A stretch of DNA of 64,000 nucleotides, from the NCBI RefSeq assembly GCF_024223415.1, contig NZ_CP100500.1. One strand, given 5' to 3'. Positions 39,370 through 51,923 of this stretch are shown one piece after another (the first letter of the stretch is position 1; each line of letters begins with the position of its first letter). The position numbers and the translations under genes were made by a program. The DNA is from Escherichia coli (GTDB taxonomy: Bacteria; Pseudomonadota; Gammaproteobacteria; Enterobacterales; Enterobacteriaceae). The notes beneath the pieces were generated by a model. The model saw nothing but the letters and a program-made list of their open reading frames with translations. It ran no database searches and was not told where the DNA came from.

Positions 39370-39588
39370 AGTTAATACGCCTTGTGTATTCCTGACGGCA
39401 AAAATAAGAAATATAAAGAAATGATTGCTTTGGTTTCTTACAACACATCATTCCCTTTTCATTTAATAAAGCGGCATGATACAAAGTGAACATGATTTCG
39501 ATTTACATTGCCACCATACCGCTTCAGACAACCGGTACATTACTTTGTTATAAGACGTGATATATAATTCAAAACAACGTGGTTTTGA

Positions 39589-40131
39589 TTATTCGTATCT
39601 CATAATAAAAGTCGCGTCAGCATTTGCTTGCCCTGCTGATGCACTTGTACCGGTGCCTTTATAACGTGCAGAAAAATGAAGAACGTTGGTCCCGGGGATC
39701 AAGTTCTGGTTGGTTGAGAAGCTATTCCCATCAGGTTTGAGAATTGCGGATGTATTATCAAGTATTTCAATACCGACACCCGTTGCTGTTGTTGTATTGG
39801 TACTGGATGCAATGGCCAATAAATTATCATTGATTGCATCAGCCTGACCAGAAAATGCAACGGCAGCATTAGCGGCAACAACAGGATCGCAGTCGTTCAA
39901 CTGTATAGTGAATGGAATTAATGCAGAGGTATTACCAACAGCATTGAAAATATCGGTACGATATTGACCGAGTGTGACAACCTGGTCTGCCGAGTCAGTA
40001 TTCACTGAACAGGCAGCATTCACCAGTTCGCCTTCAAAGTGAATTGTACCGCCATCTACAACGGCAGCATAACTACCCGTAGCGGCGAATAGTGCGGCAG
40101 CCAGCGCAGACGAAATAAATCTTAATTTCAT
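39589..40131 (-). CDS. sfmA: Fimbrial major subunit SfmA
   Basis: From [22 protein letters not shown]; pilin-like; ORF extends upstream to 40164. Confidence 0.85.
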   Translation of the reverse strand: MKLRFISSALAAALFAATGSYAAVVDGGTIHFEGELVNAACSVNTDSADQVVTLGQYRTDIFNAVGNTSALIPFTIQLNDCDPVVAANAAVAFSGQADAINDNLLAIASSTNTTTATGVGIEILDNTSAILKPDGNSFSTNQNLIPGTNVLHFSARYKGTGTSASAGQANADATFIMRYE

Positions 40132-40601
40132 ATATATTCCTTCAATCTCATTTATCGACTCCACATCCGTATATAACCGATTACTTTATTTAAGACACTG
40201 ATAGTAGTAAATTCCTTTTTATCCTCTAAGAATGTCTTAATTGAAAATATGCACTCTATTCTAAAAAATAGAGAGCCCCGTTAGATGAATACTTCCGCGC
40301 AAAATATATTCAACACAAATATAGACCTGAAGCGGTAAATTACCAGGCTGAAAATTCTTTTTATATTGTCAGGTATTTCTTAAATTATCTTAATCCTTTG
40401 ACAAGGAAATAAGTCAGTTCCAGATTTACAACGCCATCATGGACGAAAAATGAAGCTTTCAATCTCAGCGACAGTGCGCCTCACCTTCGCAAGAGGTCGC
40501 TTCACGCGATAAATCTGAAACGAAACCTGACAGCGCGCCCCGCTTCTGACAAAATAGGCGCATCCCCTTCGACCTACGTAACAGATGGAATCCTCTCTCT
40601 G

Positions 40602-41468
40602 ATGGCAGCAAAGATTATTGACGGTAAAACGATTGCGCAGCAGGTGCGCTCTGAAGTTGCTCAAAAAGTTCAGGCGCGTATTGCAGCCGGACTGCGGGCA
40701 CCAGGACTGGCCGTTGTGCTGGTGGGTAGTAACCCTGCATCGCAAATTTATGTCGCAAGCAAACGCAAGGCTTGTGAAGAAGTCGGGTTCGTCTCCCGCT
40801 CTTACGACCTCCCGGAAACCACCAGCGAAGCGGAGCTGCTGGAGCTTATCGATACGCTGAATGCCGATAACACCATCGATGGCATTCTGGTTCAACTGCC
40901 GTTACCGGCGGGTATTGATAACGTCAAAGTGCTGGAACGTATACACCCGGACAAAGACGTAGACGGTTTCCATCCTTATAACGTCGGTCGTCTGTGCCAG
41001 CGCGCGCCGCGTCTGCGTCCCTGCACCCCGCGCGGTATTGTCACGCTGCTTGAGCGTTACAACATTGATACCTTCGGCCTCAACGCCGTGGTGATTGGCG
41101 CATCGAATATCGTTGGCCGCCCGATGAGCATGGAACTGTTGCTCGCAGGTTGCACCACCACCGTGACTCACCGTTTCACTAAAAATCTGCGTCACCACGT
41201 AGAAAATGCCGATCTACTGATCGTTGCCGTCGGCAAGCCGGGCTTTATTCCTGGTGACTGGATCAAAGAAGGCGCAATTGTGATTGATGTCGGCATCAAC
41301 CGTCTGGAAAATGGCAAAGTTGTGGGCGACGTCGTGTTTGAAGACGCGGCTAAACGCGCCTCATACATTACGCCTGTTCCGGGCGGCGTTGGCCCGATGA
41401 CGGTTGCCACGCTGATTGAAAACACGCTACAGGCGTGCGTTGAATATCATGATCCACAGGGTGAGTAA
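40602..41468 (+). CDS. folD: Bifunctional methylenetetrahydrofolate dehydrogenase/cyclohydrolase FolD
   Basis: 288 aa, [19 protein letters not shown]... Confidence 0.95.
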   Translation: MAAKIIDGKTIAQQVRSEVAQKVQARIAAGLRAPGLAVVLVGSNPASQIYVASKRKACEEVGFVSRSYDLPETTSEAELLELIDTLNADNTIDGILVQLPLPAGIDNVKVLERIHPDKDVDGFHPYNVGRLCQRAPRLRPCTPRGIVTLLERYNIDTFGLNAVVIGASNIVGRPMSMELLLAGCTTTVTHRFTKNLRHHVENADLLIVAVGKPGFIPGDWIKEGAIVIDVGINRLENGKVVGDVVFEDAAKRASYITPVPGGVGPMTVATLIENTLQACVEYHDPQGE

Positions 41469-41469
41469 C

Positions 41470-41682
41470 ATGGCGACATTTTCTTTAGGTAAACATCCGC
41501 ACGTTGAGCTGTGCGACTTGCTGAAACTGGAAGGCTGGAGCGAAAGCGGCGCGCAGGCGAAAATCGCGATTGCCGAAGGCCAGGTGAAAGTCGACGGTGC
41601 GGTTGAAACGCGCAAACGCTGCAAAATCGTCGCCGGGCAGACAGTGAGTTTTGCAGGTCACAGCGTACAGGTTGTTGCCTGA
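41470..41682 (+). CDS. ybcJ: S4-like RNA-binding protein YbcJ
   Basis: 70 aa from MATFSLGKHPHVELCDLLK. Confidence 0.8.
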   Translation: MATFSLGKHPHVELCDLLKLEGWSESGAQAKIAIAEGQVKVDGAVETRKRCKIVAGQTVSFAGHSVQVVA

Positions 41683-41789
41683 TCCCTTTCCCGGCCTGTA
41701 TCAACAGGCCGGTTCTCTTTTCAGACTTTTGCCCTCTACGCCCCGTTCATCCATGCTGATAGCATCGACATTTTGCCGAAGCGACCATC

Positions 41790-42311
41790 ATGCCAACCGT
41801 TATTACGCACGCCGCCGTTCCCCTATGCATTGGTTTAGGGTTGGGTTCGAAAGTCATCCCTCCGCGTCTGTTATTTGCCGGAATCATCCTGGCGATGCTG
41901 CCCGACGCAGACGTATTGTCGTTTAAATTTGGCCTTGCTTACGGCAATGTTTTTGGTCATCGCGGGTTTACCCATTCGCTGGTGTTTGCGTTTGTTGTCC
42001 CGCTGTTATGTGTGCTGATTGGACGCCGATGGTTCAGGGCTGGGCTGATTCGCTGCTGGCTGTTTTTAACCGTCTCGTTGCTATCGCACAGCATGCTGGA
42101 TTCGGTAACCACTGGCGGTAAGGGTGTTGGCTGGCTGTGGCCGTGGTCAGATGAACGCTTTTTCGCTCCCTGGCAGGTGATTAAAGTCGCGCCGTTTGCA
42201 TTGTCTCGTTACACCACAGCGTACGGGCATCAGGTGATTATTTCTGAATTGATGTGGGTGTGGTTGCCGGGGATGCTACTGATGGGAATATTGTGGTGGC
42301 GCAGACGATAA
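41790..42311 (+). CDS. ybcI: Inner-membrane metal-dependent hydrolase YbcI
   Basis: 173 aa multi-TM protein. Confidence 0.8.
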   Translation: MPTVITHAAVPLCIGLGLGSKVIPPRLLFAGIILAMLPDADVLSFKFGLAYGNVFGHRGFTHSLVFAFVVPLLCVLIGRRWFRAGLIRCWLFLTVSLLSHSMLDSVTTGGKGVGWLWPWSDERFFAPWQVIKVAPFALSRYTTAYGHQVIISELMWVWLPGMLLMGILWWRRR

Positions 42312-42346
42312 CCGGATGCGAAAACTCGCATCCGGCAATAGCGCAA

Positions 42347-43732
42347 TTACTTACGACGCCAGGTGGTCCCTTGCGGGCCATCTTCCAGCACGATCCCCAT
42401 CTCGTTAAGACGGTCACGCGCCGCATCTGCCGCCGCCCAGTCTTTCGCTTTACGGGCATCCAGACGCTGTTGAATTAACGCTTCAATCTCAGCCACTTCG
42501 CTGTCATCTGCCTGCGCGCCGCTTTGCAGGAACGCTTCCGGTTCTTGCTCCAGCAGGCCCAATACAGCGGAAAGTTTACGCAGGTGAGATGCCATTGCAT
42601 TCGCCGCTGCCATATCTTCTGCTTTCAGACGGTTCACTTCACGCGCCATATCAAACAGCACGGAATAGGCTTCCGGGGTGTTGAAATCGTCGTCCATCGC
42701 TTCAATAAAGCGCGCTTCAAACGCTTCGCCACCGGCAGGCGCAACGGTTTTATCTGTGCCGCGCAGCGCAGTGTAGAGACGCTCCAGCGCCGCACGCGCC
42801 TGCTTCAGGTTCTCTTCGCTATAGTTCAGCTGGCTGCGATAGTGGCCCGACATCAGGAAGTAACGCACGGTTTCCGCGTCGTAGTATTTCAGCACATCGC
42901 GCACGGTAAAGAAGTTACCCAGCGATTTGGACATCTTCTCGCGGTCAACCATCACCATCCCCGAGTGCATCCAGTAGTTAACATACTGACCATCATGGGC
43001 ACAGGTGGACTGCGCGATTTCATTCTCGTGGTGCGGGAACATCAGGTCTGAACCGCCGCCGTGGATGTCAAAGTGGTTACCCAGCTGCTTGCAGTTCATT
43101 GCCGAACATTCAATGTGCCAGCCAGGACGGCCCGCGCCCCACGGAGACGGCCAGCTCGGTTCGCCCTCTTTCGACATCTTCCACAGAACGAAGTCCATCG
43201 GGTTGCGTTTGTCGTCGACCACGTCAACGCGCGCGCCTGCCTGCAGCTGGTCGAGATCCTGACGCGACAGCACGCCATAAGTTGGATCGGTCGGGACGTC
43301 GAACATCACGTCGCCGTTGTCCGCCACATAAGCGTGACCTTTGGCGATCAGTTGTTCAGTGAGTTCAATAATTTCTGCGATATGGTGCGTCGCGCGCGGC
43401 TCCATATCCGGGCGCAGAATGTTCAACGCATCAAAATCTTTGTGCATTTCGGCGATCATGCGATCCACCAGCGCCACAAAGCTTTCGCCATTTTCATTGG
43501 CGCGTTTGATGATTTTGTCGTCGATATCGGTAATGTTGCGTACATACTTCAGCTTATAGCCGAGGAAACGCAGATAGCGCGCAACCACGTCAAAGGCAAC
43601 AAAGGTACGCCCGTGACCGATATGACAGAGATCGTAAACGGTGATTCCACACACGTACATGCCGACTTCCCCGGCGTGAATAGGCTTAAATTCCTCTTTT
43701 TGGCGTGTCAGAGTATTGAAGATTTTTAGCAT
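42347..43732 (-). CDS. cysS: Cysteinyl-tRNA synthetase
   Basis: 461 aa; HIGH motif (CHIGHGRT) and KMSKS motif. Confidence 0.95.
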
Positions 43733-43905
43733 CGAAGATTCCGTTTAGACATGTGTGGGTAATTGAGTTGCGTATAATACCCATATTTCCCGCGCGAATC
43801 AGCATACATTGCGTGATGATCCGATCGTGCGGTTATGCTATAACACCACCCTATATATGACCCGAACTGGGTTGAAGCACCAATCAAACGGAACAGGATG
43901 CAAAA

Positions 43906-44400
43906 ATGGTTACTTTCCACACCAATCACGGCGATATTGTCATCAAAACTTTTGACGATAAAGCACCTGAAACAGTTAAAAACTTCCTGGACTACTGCCG
44001 CGAAGGTTTTTACAACAACACCATTTTCCACCGTGTTATCAACGGCTTTATGATTCAGGGCGGCGGTTTTGAACCGGGCATGAAACAAAAAGCCACCAAA
44101 GAACCGATCAAAAACGAAGCCAACAACGGCCTGAAAAATACCCGTGGTACGCTGGCAATGGCCCGTACTCAGGCTCCGCACTCTGCAACTGCACAGTTCT
44201 TCATCAACGTGGTTGATAACGACTTCCTGAACTTCTCTGGCGAAAGCCTGCAAGGTTGGGGCTACTGCGTGTTTGCTGAAGTGGTTGAAGGCATGGACGT
44301 GGTAGACAAAATCAAAGGTGTTGCAACCGGTCGTAGCGGTATGCACCAGGACGTGCCAAAAGAAGACGTTATCATTGAAAGCGTGACCGTTAGCGAGTAA
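43906..44400 (+). CDS. ppiB: Peptidyl-prolyl cis-trans isomerase B (cyclophilin)
   Basis: 164 aa cyclophilin, [21 protein letters not shown]. Confidence 0.95.
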   Translation: MVTFHTNHGDIVIKTFDDKAPETVKNFLDYCREGFYNNTIFHRVINGFMIQGGGFEPGMKQKATKEPIKNEANNGLKNTRGTLAMARTQAPHSATAQFFINVVDNDFLNFSGESLQGWGYCVFAEVVEGMDVVDKIKGVATGRSGMHQDVPKEDVIIESVTVSE

Positions 44401-44402
44401 TC

Positions 44403-45125
44403 GTGGCGACACTCTTTATTGCAGATCTTCATCTCTGCGTGGAAGAACCGGCGATCACCGCCGGTTTTCTGCGTTTTTTAGCGGGGGAAGCTCGCAAGGC
44501 CGACGCGCTGTATATTCTTGGCGATCTGTTTGAAGCGTGGATTGGCGACGACGATCCCAACCCACTCCATCGCCAGATGGCGGCGGCGATCAAAGCGGTG
44601 TCCGATTCCGGCGTTCCCTGTTATTTCATTCATGGCAACCGTGATTTTCTGCTCGGCAAACGCTTTGCCCGTGAAAGCGGCATGACGTTATTGCCGGAAG
44701 AAAAGGTGCTCGAACTTTATGGTCGCCGGGTGTTGATTATGCATGGCGACACGCTGTGCACCGATGACGCGGGTTATCAGGCTTTTCGCGCCAAGGTCCA
44801 CAAACCCTGGCTGCAGACGCTATTCCTCGCCCTGCCGTTGTTTGTGCGCAAACGCATTGCCGCGCGAATGCGCGCGAACAGTAAAGAAGCCAACAGCAGT
44901 AAATCGCTGGCGATCATGGACGTTAACCAAAACGCGGTGGTCAGTGCGATGGAAAAACATCAGGTGCAATGGCTGATTCACGGGCATACCCATCGCCCGG
45001 CGGTACATGAACTTATCGCCAACCAGCAACCTGCTTTTCGCGTGGTACTCGGTGCCTGGCATACAGAAGGTTCGATGGTGAAAGTCACGGCGGATGACGT
45101 TGAGCTGATTCATTTTCCGTTTTAA
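44403..45125 (+). CDS. lpxH: UDP-2,3-diacylglucosamine hydrolase LpxH
   Basis: 240 aa calcineurin-like phosphoesterase, [11 protein letters not shown]. Confidence 0.9.
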   Translation: MATLFIADLHLCVEEPAITAGFLRFLAGEARKADALYILGDLFEAWIGDDDPNPLHRQMAAAIKAVSDSGVPCYFIHGNRDFLLGKRFARESGMTLLPEEKVLELYGRRVLIMHGDTLCTDDAGYQAFRAKVHKPWLQTLFLALPLFVRKRIAARMRANSKEANSSKSLAIMDVNQNAVVSAMEKHQVQWLIHGHTHRPAVHELIANQQPAFRVVLGAWHTEGSMVKVTADDVELIHFPF

Positions 45126-45242
45126 AAAACCCGCAACTTTGCTGATTTCACAGCCACGCAACCGTTTTCCTTGCTCTCTTTCCGTGCTATTCTCTGTGCC
45201 CTCTAAAGCCGAGAGTTGTGCACCACAGGAGTTTTAAGACGC

Positions 45243-45752
45243 ATGTCTTCCCGCAATAATCCGGCGCGTGTCGCCATCGTGATGGGGTCCAAAAGCGACT
45301 GGGCTACCATGCAGTTCGCCGCCGAAATCTTCGAAATCCTGAATGTCCCGCACCACGTTGAAGTGGTTTCTGCTCACCGCACCCCCGATAAACTGTTCAG
45401 CTTCGCCGAAAGCGCCGAAGAGAACGGTTATCAGGTGATTATTGCGGGCGCAGGCGGCGCAGCGCACCTGCCAGGCATGATTGCTGCCAAAACGCTGGTG
45501 CCAGTGCTGGGCGTGCCAGTACAGAGCGCCGCACTGAGCGGTGTCGATAGCCTCTACTCCATCGTACAAATGCCGCGCGGCATTCCGGTGGGTACGCTGG
45601 CGATTGGTAAAGCTGGCGCGGCAAACGCGGCGTTACTGGCAGCACAAATTCTTGCGACTCATGATAAAGAACTGCACCAGCGTCTGAATGACTGGCGCAA
45701 AGCCCAGACCGACGAAGTGCTGGAAAACCCGGACCCGCGAGGTGCGGCATGA
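45243..45752 (+). CDS. purE: N5-carboxyaminoimidazole ribonucleotide mutase PurE
   Basis: From [20 protein letters not shown]. Confidence 0.95.
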   Translation: MSSRNNPARVAIVMGSKSDWATMQFAAEIFEILNVPHHVEVVSAHRTPDKLFSFAESAEENGYQVIIAGAGGAAHLPGMIAAKTLVPVLGVPVQSAALSGVDSLYSIVQMPRGIPVGTLAIGKAGAANAALLAAQILATHDKELHQRLNDWRKAQTDEVLENPDPRGAA

Positions 45753-46816
45753 AACAGGTTTGCGTCCTCGGTAACGGGCAGTTAGGCCGTATGCTGCGTC
45801 AGGCAGGCGAACCGTTAGGCATTGCTGTCTGGCCAGTCGGGCTGGACGCTGAACCGGCGGCGGTGCCTTTTCAACAAAGCGTGATTACCGCTGAGATCGA
45901 ACGCTGGCCGGAAACCGCATTAACCCGCGAGCTGGCGCGCCATCCGGCCTTTGTGAACCGCGATGTGTTCCCGATTATTGCTGACCGTCTGACTCAGAAG
46001 CAGCTTTTCGATAAGCTCCACCTGCCGACCGCACCGTGGCAGTTACTTGCCGATCGCAGCGAGTGGCCTGCGGTGTTTGATCGTTTAGGTGAGCTGGCGA
46101 TTGTTAAGCGTCGCACTGGTGGCTATGACGGTCGCGGTCAATGGCGTTTACGTGCCGATGAAACCGAACAGTTACCGGCTGAATGCTACGGCGAATGTAT
46201 AGTCGAGCAGGGCATAAACTTCTCTGGTGAAGTGTCGCTGGTTGGCGCGCGCGGCTTTGATGGCAGCACCGTGTTTTATCCGCTGACGCATAACCTGCAT
46301 CAGGACGGTATTTTGCGCACCAGCGTCGCTTTCCCGCAGGCCAATGCACAGCAGCAAGCGCAAGCCGAAGAGATGCTGTCGGCGATTATGCAGGAGCTGG
46401 GCTATGTGGGCGTGATGGCGATGGAGTGTTTTGTCACCCCGCAAGGTCTGCTGATCAACGAACTGGCTCCGCGTGTGCATAACAGCGGTCACTGGACACA
46501 AAACGGTGCCAGCATCAGCCAGTTTGAGCTGCATCTGCGGGCGATTACCGATCTGCCGTTACCGCAACCAGTGGTGAATAATCCGTCGGTGATGATCAAT
46601 CTGATTGGTAGCGATGTGAATTATGACTGGCTGAAACTGCCGCTGGTGAATCTGCACTGGTACGACAAAGAAGTCCGTCCGGGCCGTAAAGTGGGGCATC
46701 TGAATTTGACCGACAGCGACACATCGCGTCTGTCCGCGACGCTGGAAGCCTTAATCCCGCTGCTGCCGCCGGAGTATGCCAGCGGCGTGATGTGGGCACA
46801 GAGTAAGTTCAGTTAA
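45749..46816 (+). CDS. purK: N5-carboxyaminoimidazole ribonucleotide synthase PurK
   Basis: 355 aa ATP-grasp protein, coupled to purE. Confidence 0.95.
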   Translation: MKQVCVLGNGQLGRMLRQAGEPLGIAVWPVGLDAEPAAVPFQQSVITAEIERWPETALTRELARHPAFVNRDVFPIIADRLTQKQLFDKLHLPTAPWQLLADRSEWPAVFDRLGELAIVKRRTGGYDGRGQWRLRADETEQLPAECYGECIVEQGINFSGEVSLVGARGFDGSTVFYPLTHNLHQDGILRTSVAFPQANAQQQAQAEEMLSAIMQELGYVGVMAMECFVTPQGLLINELAPRVHNSGHWTQNGASISQFELHLRAITDLPLPQPVVNNPSVMINLIGSDVNYDWLKLPLVNLHWYDKEVRPGRKVGHLNLTDSDTSRLSATLEALIPLLPPEYASGVMWAQSKFS

Positions 46817-46832
46817 CCTGGTGCTCATTTGA

Positions 46833-46925
46833 TTGCCGGATGCGGCGTGAACGCCTTATCCGGCCTACACCGCTCCGGTACCCATTGTAGGCCTGATAAG
46901 ACGCGTCAAGCGTCGCATCAGGCAT
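46833..46925. repeat. REP/BIME extragenic palindromic repeats
   Basis: GCCGGATGCGGCGTGAACGCCTTATCCGGCCTAC and GTAGGCCTGATAAGACGCG...CGCATCAGGC REP-type palindromes between purK and ybcF. Confidence 0.65.
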
Positions 46926-46954
46926 GGTGCACCGATTGCTGGATGCTCTCATCA

Positions 46955-47848
46955 CTACAGCGAAATACAGGTCCCCGCTTCGCCCGCCAGCGTCTCTTCA
47001 ATTCGCGATAACGCCCCAATCCACGCGGGTTTACCACGGCTTCTGACATAACCACTCACCGCCGTTACCTTCGGCCCCATCGAACCATCGGCTTTGGCAA
47101 ATGGCGCTAACTCATCCGGTGTGGCATGGCGAATGGCACGTTGCTGCGGCGTTCCCCAGTTTTCATATACCGCATCAGCATCGGTGAGGATCACCAGTCC
47201 ATCTGCATTAATCTGCTCGGCGAGCAACGCAGCGGCGAGATCTTTATCAATCACCGCTTCACTCCCTGCTCCGTCATCCGTCACAGGCACACCGCCGCCG
47301 CCGCTGCAAATCACCACATGCCCCTCTTTGAGCAACAACTCGATGGCTTCGCTGTCGAGAATTTTACGCGGTTGCGGAGACGCCACCACCCGGCGCAAAT
47401 ATTTACCATCACGTTTCATCTGCCAGCCGTAAGCCGCTTCCAGTGCCTCTTGTTCTTCTGGCTGATAAACCGGACCAATAAATTTCTCTGGCTGCAAAAA
47501 CGCCGGATCATCAGGCGAAACTTCAATGCGCGTCAGCACCGTCGTGACAGGCGGCATCTGCGGCTGTGCGCTCAAACTCTGCGCCAGCATATAGCCAATC
47601 ATCCCCTGACTTTCTGCCACCAGCACATCCAGCGGATACGGTTCTACCTCTTTCCACGCCAGATTCTGCAATGCCAGCAACCCCACCTGCGGCCCGTTGC
47701 CGTGAACAATCGCCAGCCGATAAGAACGGGCCAGGCGCGCCAGCGCGGGTACAGCACTGGCGATATTGCGATATTGATTTTCTGCCGTCAGCGCCTCACC
47801 GCGCTGGAGTAAGGCGTTGCCCCCAAGAGCTACAACCAGTGTTTTCAT
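46955..47848 (-). CDS. ybcF: Carbamate kinase-like protein YbcF
   Basis: From [18 protein letters not shown]; amino-acid kinase family. Confidence 0.85.
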   Translation of the reverse strand: MKTLVVALGGNALLQRGEALTAENQYRNIASAVPALARLARSYRLAIVHGNGPQVGLLALQNLAWKEVEPYPLDVLVAESQGMIGYMLAQSLSAQPQMPPVTTVLTRIEVSPDDPAFLQPEKFIGPVYQPEEQEALEAAYGWQMKRDGKYLRRVVASPQPRKILDSEAIELLLKEGHVVICSGGGGVPVTDDGAGSEAVIDKDLAAALLAEQINADGLVILTDADAVYENWGTPQQRAIRHATPDELAPFAKADGSMGPKVTAVSGYVRSRGKPAWIGALSRIEETLAGEAGTCISL

Positions 47849-48660
47849 GGTTTTCCTTGTAATAATTGTTGGCCAAGCCAAAACCCCAGCAGCGTATCTG
47901 CCCCTGACGTATGCCCCAGCGCCAGCAGCGAATCAATCGCAACAGCGGTACGTTTCGGGCAACTCAGAGCATGAACAAAGTGCAGGAGTGGCGAGGCGAA
48001 ATATCCTTGCGCGGCATAACGTAAATAACTGACGCTCACCGCTGTGGTAACGAGTTGCAGATTGTCGGAACAGGCAAAAAACGGACGACCGGAGCGCGCA
48101 TCTAAAGCGCCATAATACCAGGCCGCCAGCAGCATTCCGCTCAGCGTGTCATCATGACTCGGCGTTAATCCGGGGCCTTTACCCAGCCAGTGCCGCCAGT
48201 CGGTCTTAACGCCATTGAGCGCGGCCTGAAAACAGTGACGAAACTGGCGTAACTCAGCAGGCAGCGGATCGCTTGCCGCCAACGCCAGTGGCCCGAAAAG
48301 CCCGTTTTCCTCCGCGCGTTGCATCCATGCAGCTGCAAGTGGTTGAGGATGCGCAGGCGGCGTAATACGCAGCAAACAATAACGCTGTGGCTGTTTAACC
48401 GTGAAACGCCCGAGGCGAATCCCTTGAGCCACAACCTGTGGTCGTTCATTGCCGCATAATCCACCGCATAACGCATCGAATTGCGCACGGCGAAGCACCC
48501 ATCCTCCGGGGCCGAAACCACTACCCTGACGATGCAGCGTTAACAGTTCGCCGCTTTCCGTCATCAGGTTAATCGCCCGCCGCCACACTCCCGCTAACCG
48601 CCAGGACTGGCGATAATTCGGTGCGCTACTACTGGCAAGCAGAGGATGGATGATCGTCAT
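47845..48660 (-). CDS. ylbF: DUF2877-family protein YlbF
   Basis: From [18 protein letters not shown]; start overlaps ybcF by 4 nt. Confidence 0.8.
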   Translation of the reverse strand: MTIIHPLLASSSAPNYRQSWRLAGVWRRAINLMTESGELLTLHRQGSGFGPGGWVLRRAQFDALCGGLCGNERPQVVAQGIRLGRFTVKQPQRYCLLRITPPAHPQPLAAAWMQRAEENGLFGPLALAASDPLPAELRQFRHCFQAALNGVKTDWRHWLGKGPGLTPSHDDTLSGMLLAAWYYGALDARSGRPFFACSDNLQLVTTAVSVSYLRYAAQGYFASPLLHFVHALSCPKRTAVAIDSLLALGHTSGADTLLGFWLGQQLLQGKP

Positions 48661-48670
48661 TGCGCGTTCC

Positions 48671-49930
48671 TCAACCAATCCCCATGCTTTCAGCCAGTGC
48701 TTCCAGCGCCTGTTCAAAACACGCCAGCGGTGCCCGCACGGTGCCTGCGCCAATCTGCCCGATCCCCGCCTCTTTATGGGCGATACCGGTATTGATGAGT
48801 GGCGTAATGCCGGTTTCTACCACGCGACGAATGTCCAGTCCCAGGCACGCGCCCTGAAAATCCCAGCTTGGGATCTGCAACTGCATATTGCGTTCAAGGT
48901 AAATTTCCGCCATCTCTTCAGATACCGCCCTGGCCGCTTCCATGCCACCCGCACCGACAAAGCGCGTTACGCCAGGCGCTGCGATCATTGCCGCACCTCC
49001 GATACCAAAGGTTTCGGTAATCGCGCTATCGCCCATATCCGGGTTCGCCTGCTCCTGCGAGAAGCCGGTGAAAAACAGACCTTGCGGAGTGTTTACAGGC
49101 GCAGTAAACCAGCGTTCGCCCAGCCCGCTTACCCGAATCCCGAACATATTGCCGTTGCGGGTCATTGCCGTGACGATGCTGCCTGCGCGGATCATCGCGC
49201 CAGCATCCATCGCCGCCTTGCAGTAAGCCATCGCGAGGTTGAGGAAGAACTGATCGGTCACGCTGAGGAAATCCATCACTTCCGCGATGTGCTGTTTATC
49301 ATGATCGAGGCGAGCAATTTGTGGGGCCAGCGCACGCATTAACAGTGCTGAGGAAGCAATATTGCGTTGATGGAACTCATCGCCCATCGTAATGCCCTGC
49401 GCCATCATCGCAGTAAGATCGATACCGCGCTCCATGCGCCCCAGCGCCGCGCTTAATACTGGCATTAACACATCGCGCATCCAGCGATGGCGAGTCAGGA
49501 CATCTTCGCCGTAAGCGCCAAAACGCATCACTTTGCCGATACCTTCGTTGAGGTTGCAGTACGCCCGGTTGCCGTCGGTCACGTTCTCGACCACCAGCAT
49601 CGGCATACTGGCAGAAGTAATACCGCCCATTGGCCCGACGGCATTCACATGGTGACAAGGAATGAAGTTCACTTCCCCCAGATCCAGCATCGCCAGTGCC
49701 TGCGCTTCATCTTTCGCCCAGCCTTCAAACAGACATGCGCCCACGCACGCCCCTTTCATTGGCCCGGTCATCTCCTGCCAGCGCATTGGTGGCCCGGCGT
49801 GAAGCAGTGTTTTGCCCTGGTTTAACGCACTGATGAGTGAAGATGCTGGTTTAACATCCAGCCAGTGTGGACGAGCGCGACGAATTTGTTCGATAACCGC
49901 AGCATTGGCTTGCGCCACTGATGTAAACAT
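48671..49930 (-). CDS. ylbE: DUF1116-family protein YlbE
   Basis: 419 aa ORF between fdrA and ylbF. Confidence 0.8.
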   Translation of the reverse strand: MFTSVAQANAAVIEQIRRARPHWLDVKPASSLISALNQGKTLLHAGPPMRWQEMTGPMKGACVGACLFEGWAKDEAQALAMLDLGEVNFIPCHHVNAVGPMGGITSASMPMLVVENVTDGNRAYCNLNEGIGKVMRFGAYGEDVLTRHRWMRDVLMPVLSAALGRMERGIDLTAMMAQGITMGDEFHQRNIASSALLMRALAPQIARLDHDKQHIAEVMDFLSVTDQFFLNLAMAYCKAAMDAGAMIRAGSIVTAMTRNGNMFGIRVSGLGERWFTAPVNTPQGLFFTGFSQEQANPDMGDSAITETFGIGGAAMIAAPGVTRFVGAGGMEAARAVSEEMAEIYLERNMQLQIPSWDFQGACLGLDIRRVVETGITPLINTGIAHKEAGIGQIGAGTVRAPLACFEQALEALAESMGIG

Positions 49931-49939
49931 GGGAACCCC

Positions 49940-51607
49940 TTATTGCAAACGTTCTAATAAACGAGCCAGTTTTTTATTGCCGCCGGCGACTGGCGCCCAT
50001 TGGTAATGCACCACCGGTTTGCTGGCGCTTTGTAGTTCCAGCGCAAAACTGCGTAATCCGATGTTAATCACGGCGACGTTTTCCAGTAATGACGGTGTGT
50101 GTTGCTGTGCGGCAGGCGAGAGCGGATGAATTAACGCTGCCGCCAGCAAGGTGGCTTCCGGTAGCGAACTCACGACCGCAATCCCCGCATCTTCCAGCGT
50201 GGCGATTTGCTGCGAGCGGCATTGCGGGTCACGTTCAGTGCCTGTCACCGTGGCAATGGCATACAGTGGTTGATTGTCTGAACGCGCAGCACAGGCTTTT
50301 TGCCAGGCGCTTACCAGCGAGGCGGCAGGATCGGCGGTCGCACCGAAGCCAATCACGACATCAAGCAGCAGCACACGCACTTGCGGTTTAGCGCCGAGAT
50401 CGGCAATTAACTGGTTGCGTAAGGTTGGGTCGATCATCGGATGGGGACGCCCGACTGTGTAGAAATCATCGCCGAGGTCAATAATCTGGTGACCATCGGC
50501 GTCGAGCATCATGCCGTGATGATGGGCATCATCGGCTTCCACGCCAAGGTGTCCGGCAAGTAATCCCGCCGCTTCGGCAGCCAGCGTACCGCCGGTATAC
50601 AAACCGCAAATAAATCCGCTGCTGGCAGGCGTTATCGCGTTACGTCGCGCCGTAACGCGTGAAAGCAGGCAAGCCAGGCGTGCGGCCTCATCCAGCGAGG
50701 AGGCAAACCAGACATTCTCGTCGCGGGCCACCGCCGGGGTATAACCTAAAAACAGCGCCACCGTCGGTTTGCCGGTTGCTTTCATGGCATTAACAATTTT
50801 CAGACGCACCGCTTCGGCAGGTGGTTTTGAAACAAATGCCAGCACTTCGCTTTTCTCGTCTGCACTGAGCATCTCCAGCGCCGTCAGCGCACTGATGCCG
50901 CCCACTTCACGGCTGAGGTCGCGGCCGCCAAGGCCAATCGCGTGAGTAATTCCCTCCCCTGCCAGCGCAATCTGCGAACACAGCTCCTGAATCCCGGTAC
51001 CGGAAGCGCCAATGACGCCAATATTGCCTTCCGGCATCACGTTAGCAAAAGCCAGCGGCGTGGCGGCAATCATCGACGTACCGCAGTCCGGCCCCATCAC
51101 CAGCAAGCCTTTTTCCCGCGCGCGGGTTTTAAGTTGGATTTCATCTTCCAGCGTGACGTTATCGGAGAACATCATCACGTTGAGGTTGCGATCCAGCGCC
51201 TGATTCGCCAGCTCCGCCGCATACTCGCCAGCCACTGAAATCAGCGCCAGATTGGCATCGGGTAATTTCTGACAGGCACTGTCCCAGCGACGCACCTGCG
51301 TCAACGCCTGGCTGCTGCCTGACCCCTGCGCCAGTTGTTTTAGCGCCTCTTCAAGCTGCTGCATAATCGCCTGCGCGATCCCCGCATCCGCCGCTTCGCT
51401 ACGAATTGCCACGCAAATATCGTTCGGCGTGGCGTTATTAAAATCGTCATGCCAGAAACCTGTGGTATCTAATAACGCTTTATTGGCGGGCGTACCCATC
51501 ATTACGGAAACATCATCAACATTTTCTGATTCGCTGAGTTTTCGTGAAATAATCATTAAACTGACCGAATCCTGAAAACACCCTTTTTTAATAAAGGCGT
51601 GGATCAT
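49940..51607 (-). CDS. fdrA: FdrA (acyl-CoA synthetase/CoA-binding-like)
   Basis: 555 aa; succinyl-CoA synthetase-like domains. Confidence 0.85.
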   Translation of the reverse strand: MIHAFIKKGCFQDSVSLMIISRKLSESENVDDVSVMMGTPANKALLDTTGFWHDDFNNATPNDICVAIRSEAADAGIAQAIMQQLEEALKQLAQGSGSSQALTQVRRWDSACQKLPDANLALISVAGEYAAELANQALDRNLNVMMFSDNVTLEDEIQLKTRAREKGLLVMGPDCGTSMIAATPLAFANVMPEGNIGVIGASGTGIQELCSQIALAGEGITHAIGLGGRDLSREVGGISALTALEMLSADEKSEVLAFVSKPPAEAVRLKIVNAMKATGKPTVALFLGYTPAVARDENVWFASSLDEAARLACLLSRVTARRNAITPASSGFICGLYTGGTLAAEAAGLLAGHLGVEADDAHHHGMMLDADGHQIIDLGDDFYTVGRPHPMIDPTLRNQLIADLGAKPQVRVLLLDVVIGFGATADPAASLVSAWQKACAARSDNQPLYAIATVTGTERDPQCRSQQIATLEDAGIAVVSSLPEATLLAAALIHPLSPAAQQHTPSLLENVAVINIGLRSFALELQSASKPVVHYQWAPVAGGNKKLARLLERLQ

Positions 51608-51923
51608 AACAACTCCTTAAAAATTGCACCCATGGCAATTGCACGAGCAGTGTTAATGTGGCGATTACGGTATCGATGACAACGAGTAAATAAGGTGATG
51701 AATATCACACAGGGATTATTAACAAAAGAATTCAAATAACCGCCAGACTATTACGCGTTATTTTTTAATAAGCATGGTTGTTTTAAAAACCAGGTTAAAA
51801 GCGCGAAGATTATCAAATAAATTCTAACTATATTTTTTTGCCTGTCTGGATCACATAATCCAGATATTTTCCCTGTATGTTAATTGCAGTCATGCTTCAC
51901 ACCGTCGTTAAAAAGGAAGACAG

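Noticed and set aside
40437-40895. 152-aa minus-strand ORF overlapping the folD start
   Set aside because: Overlaps the conserved folD coding sequence in antisense.
47126-47812. 228-aa plus-strand ORF inside ybcF
   Set aside because: Arg/His-rich low-complexity frame antisense to the carbamate kinase-like gene.
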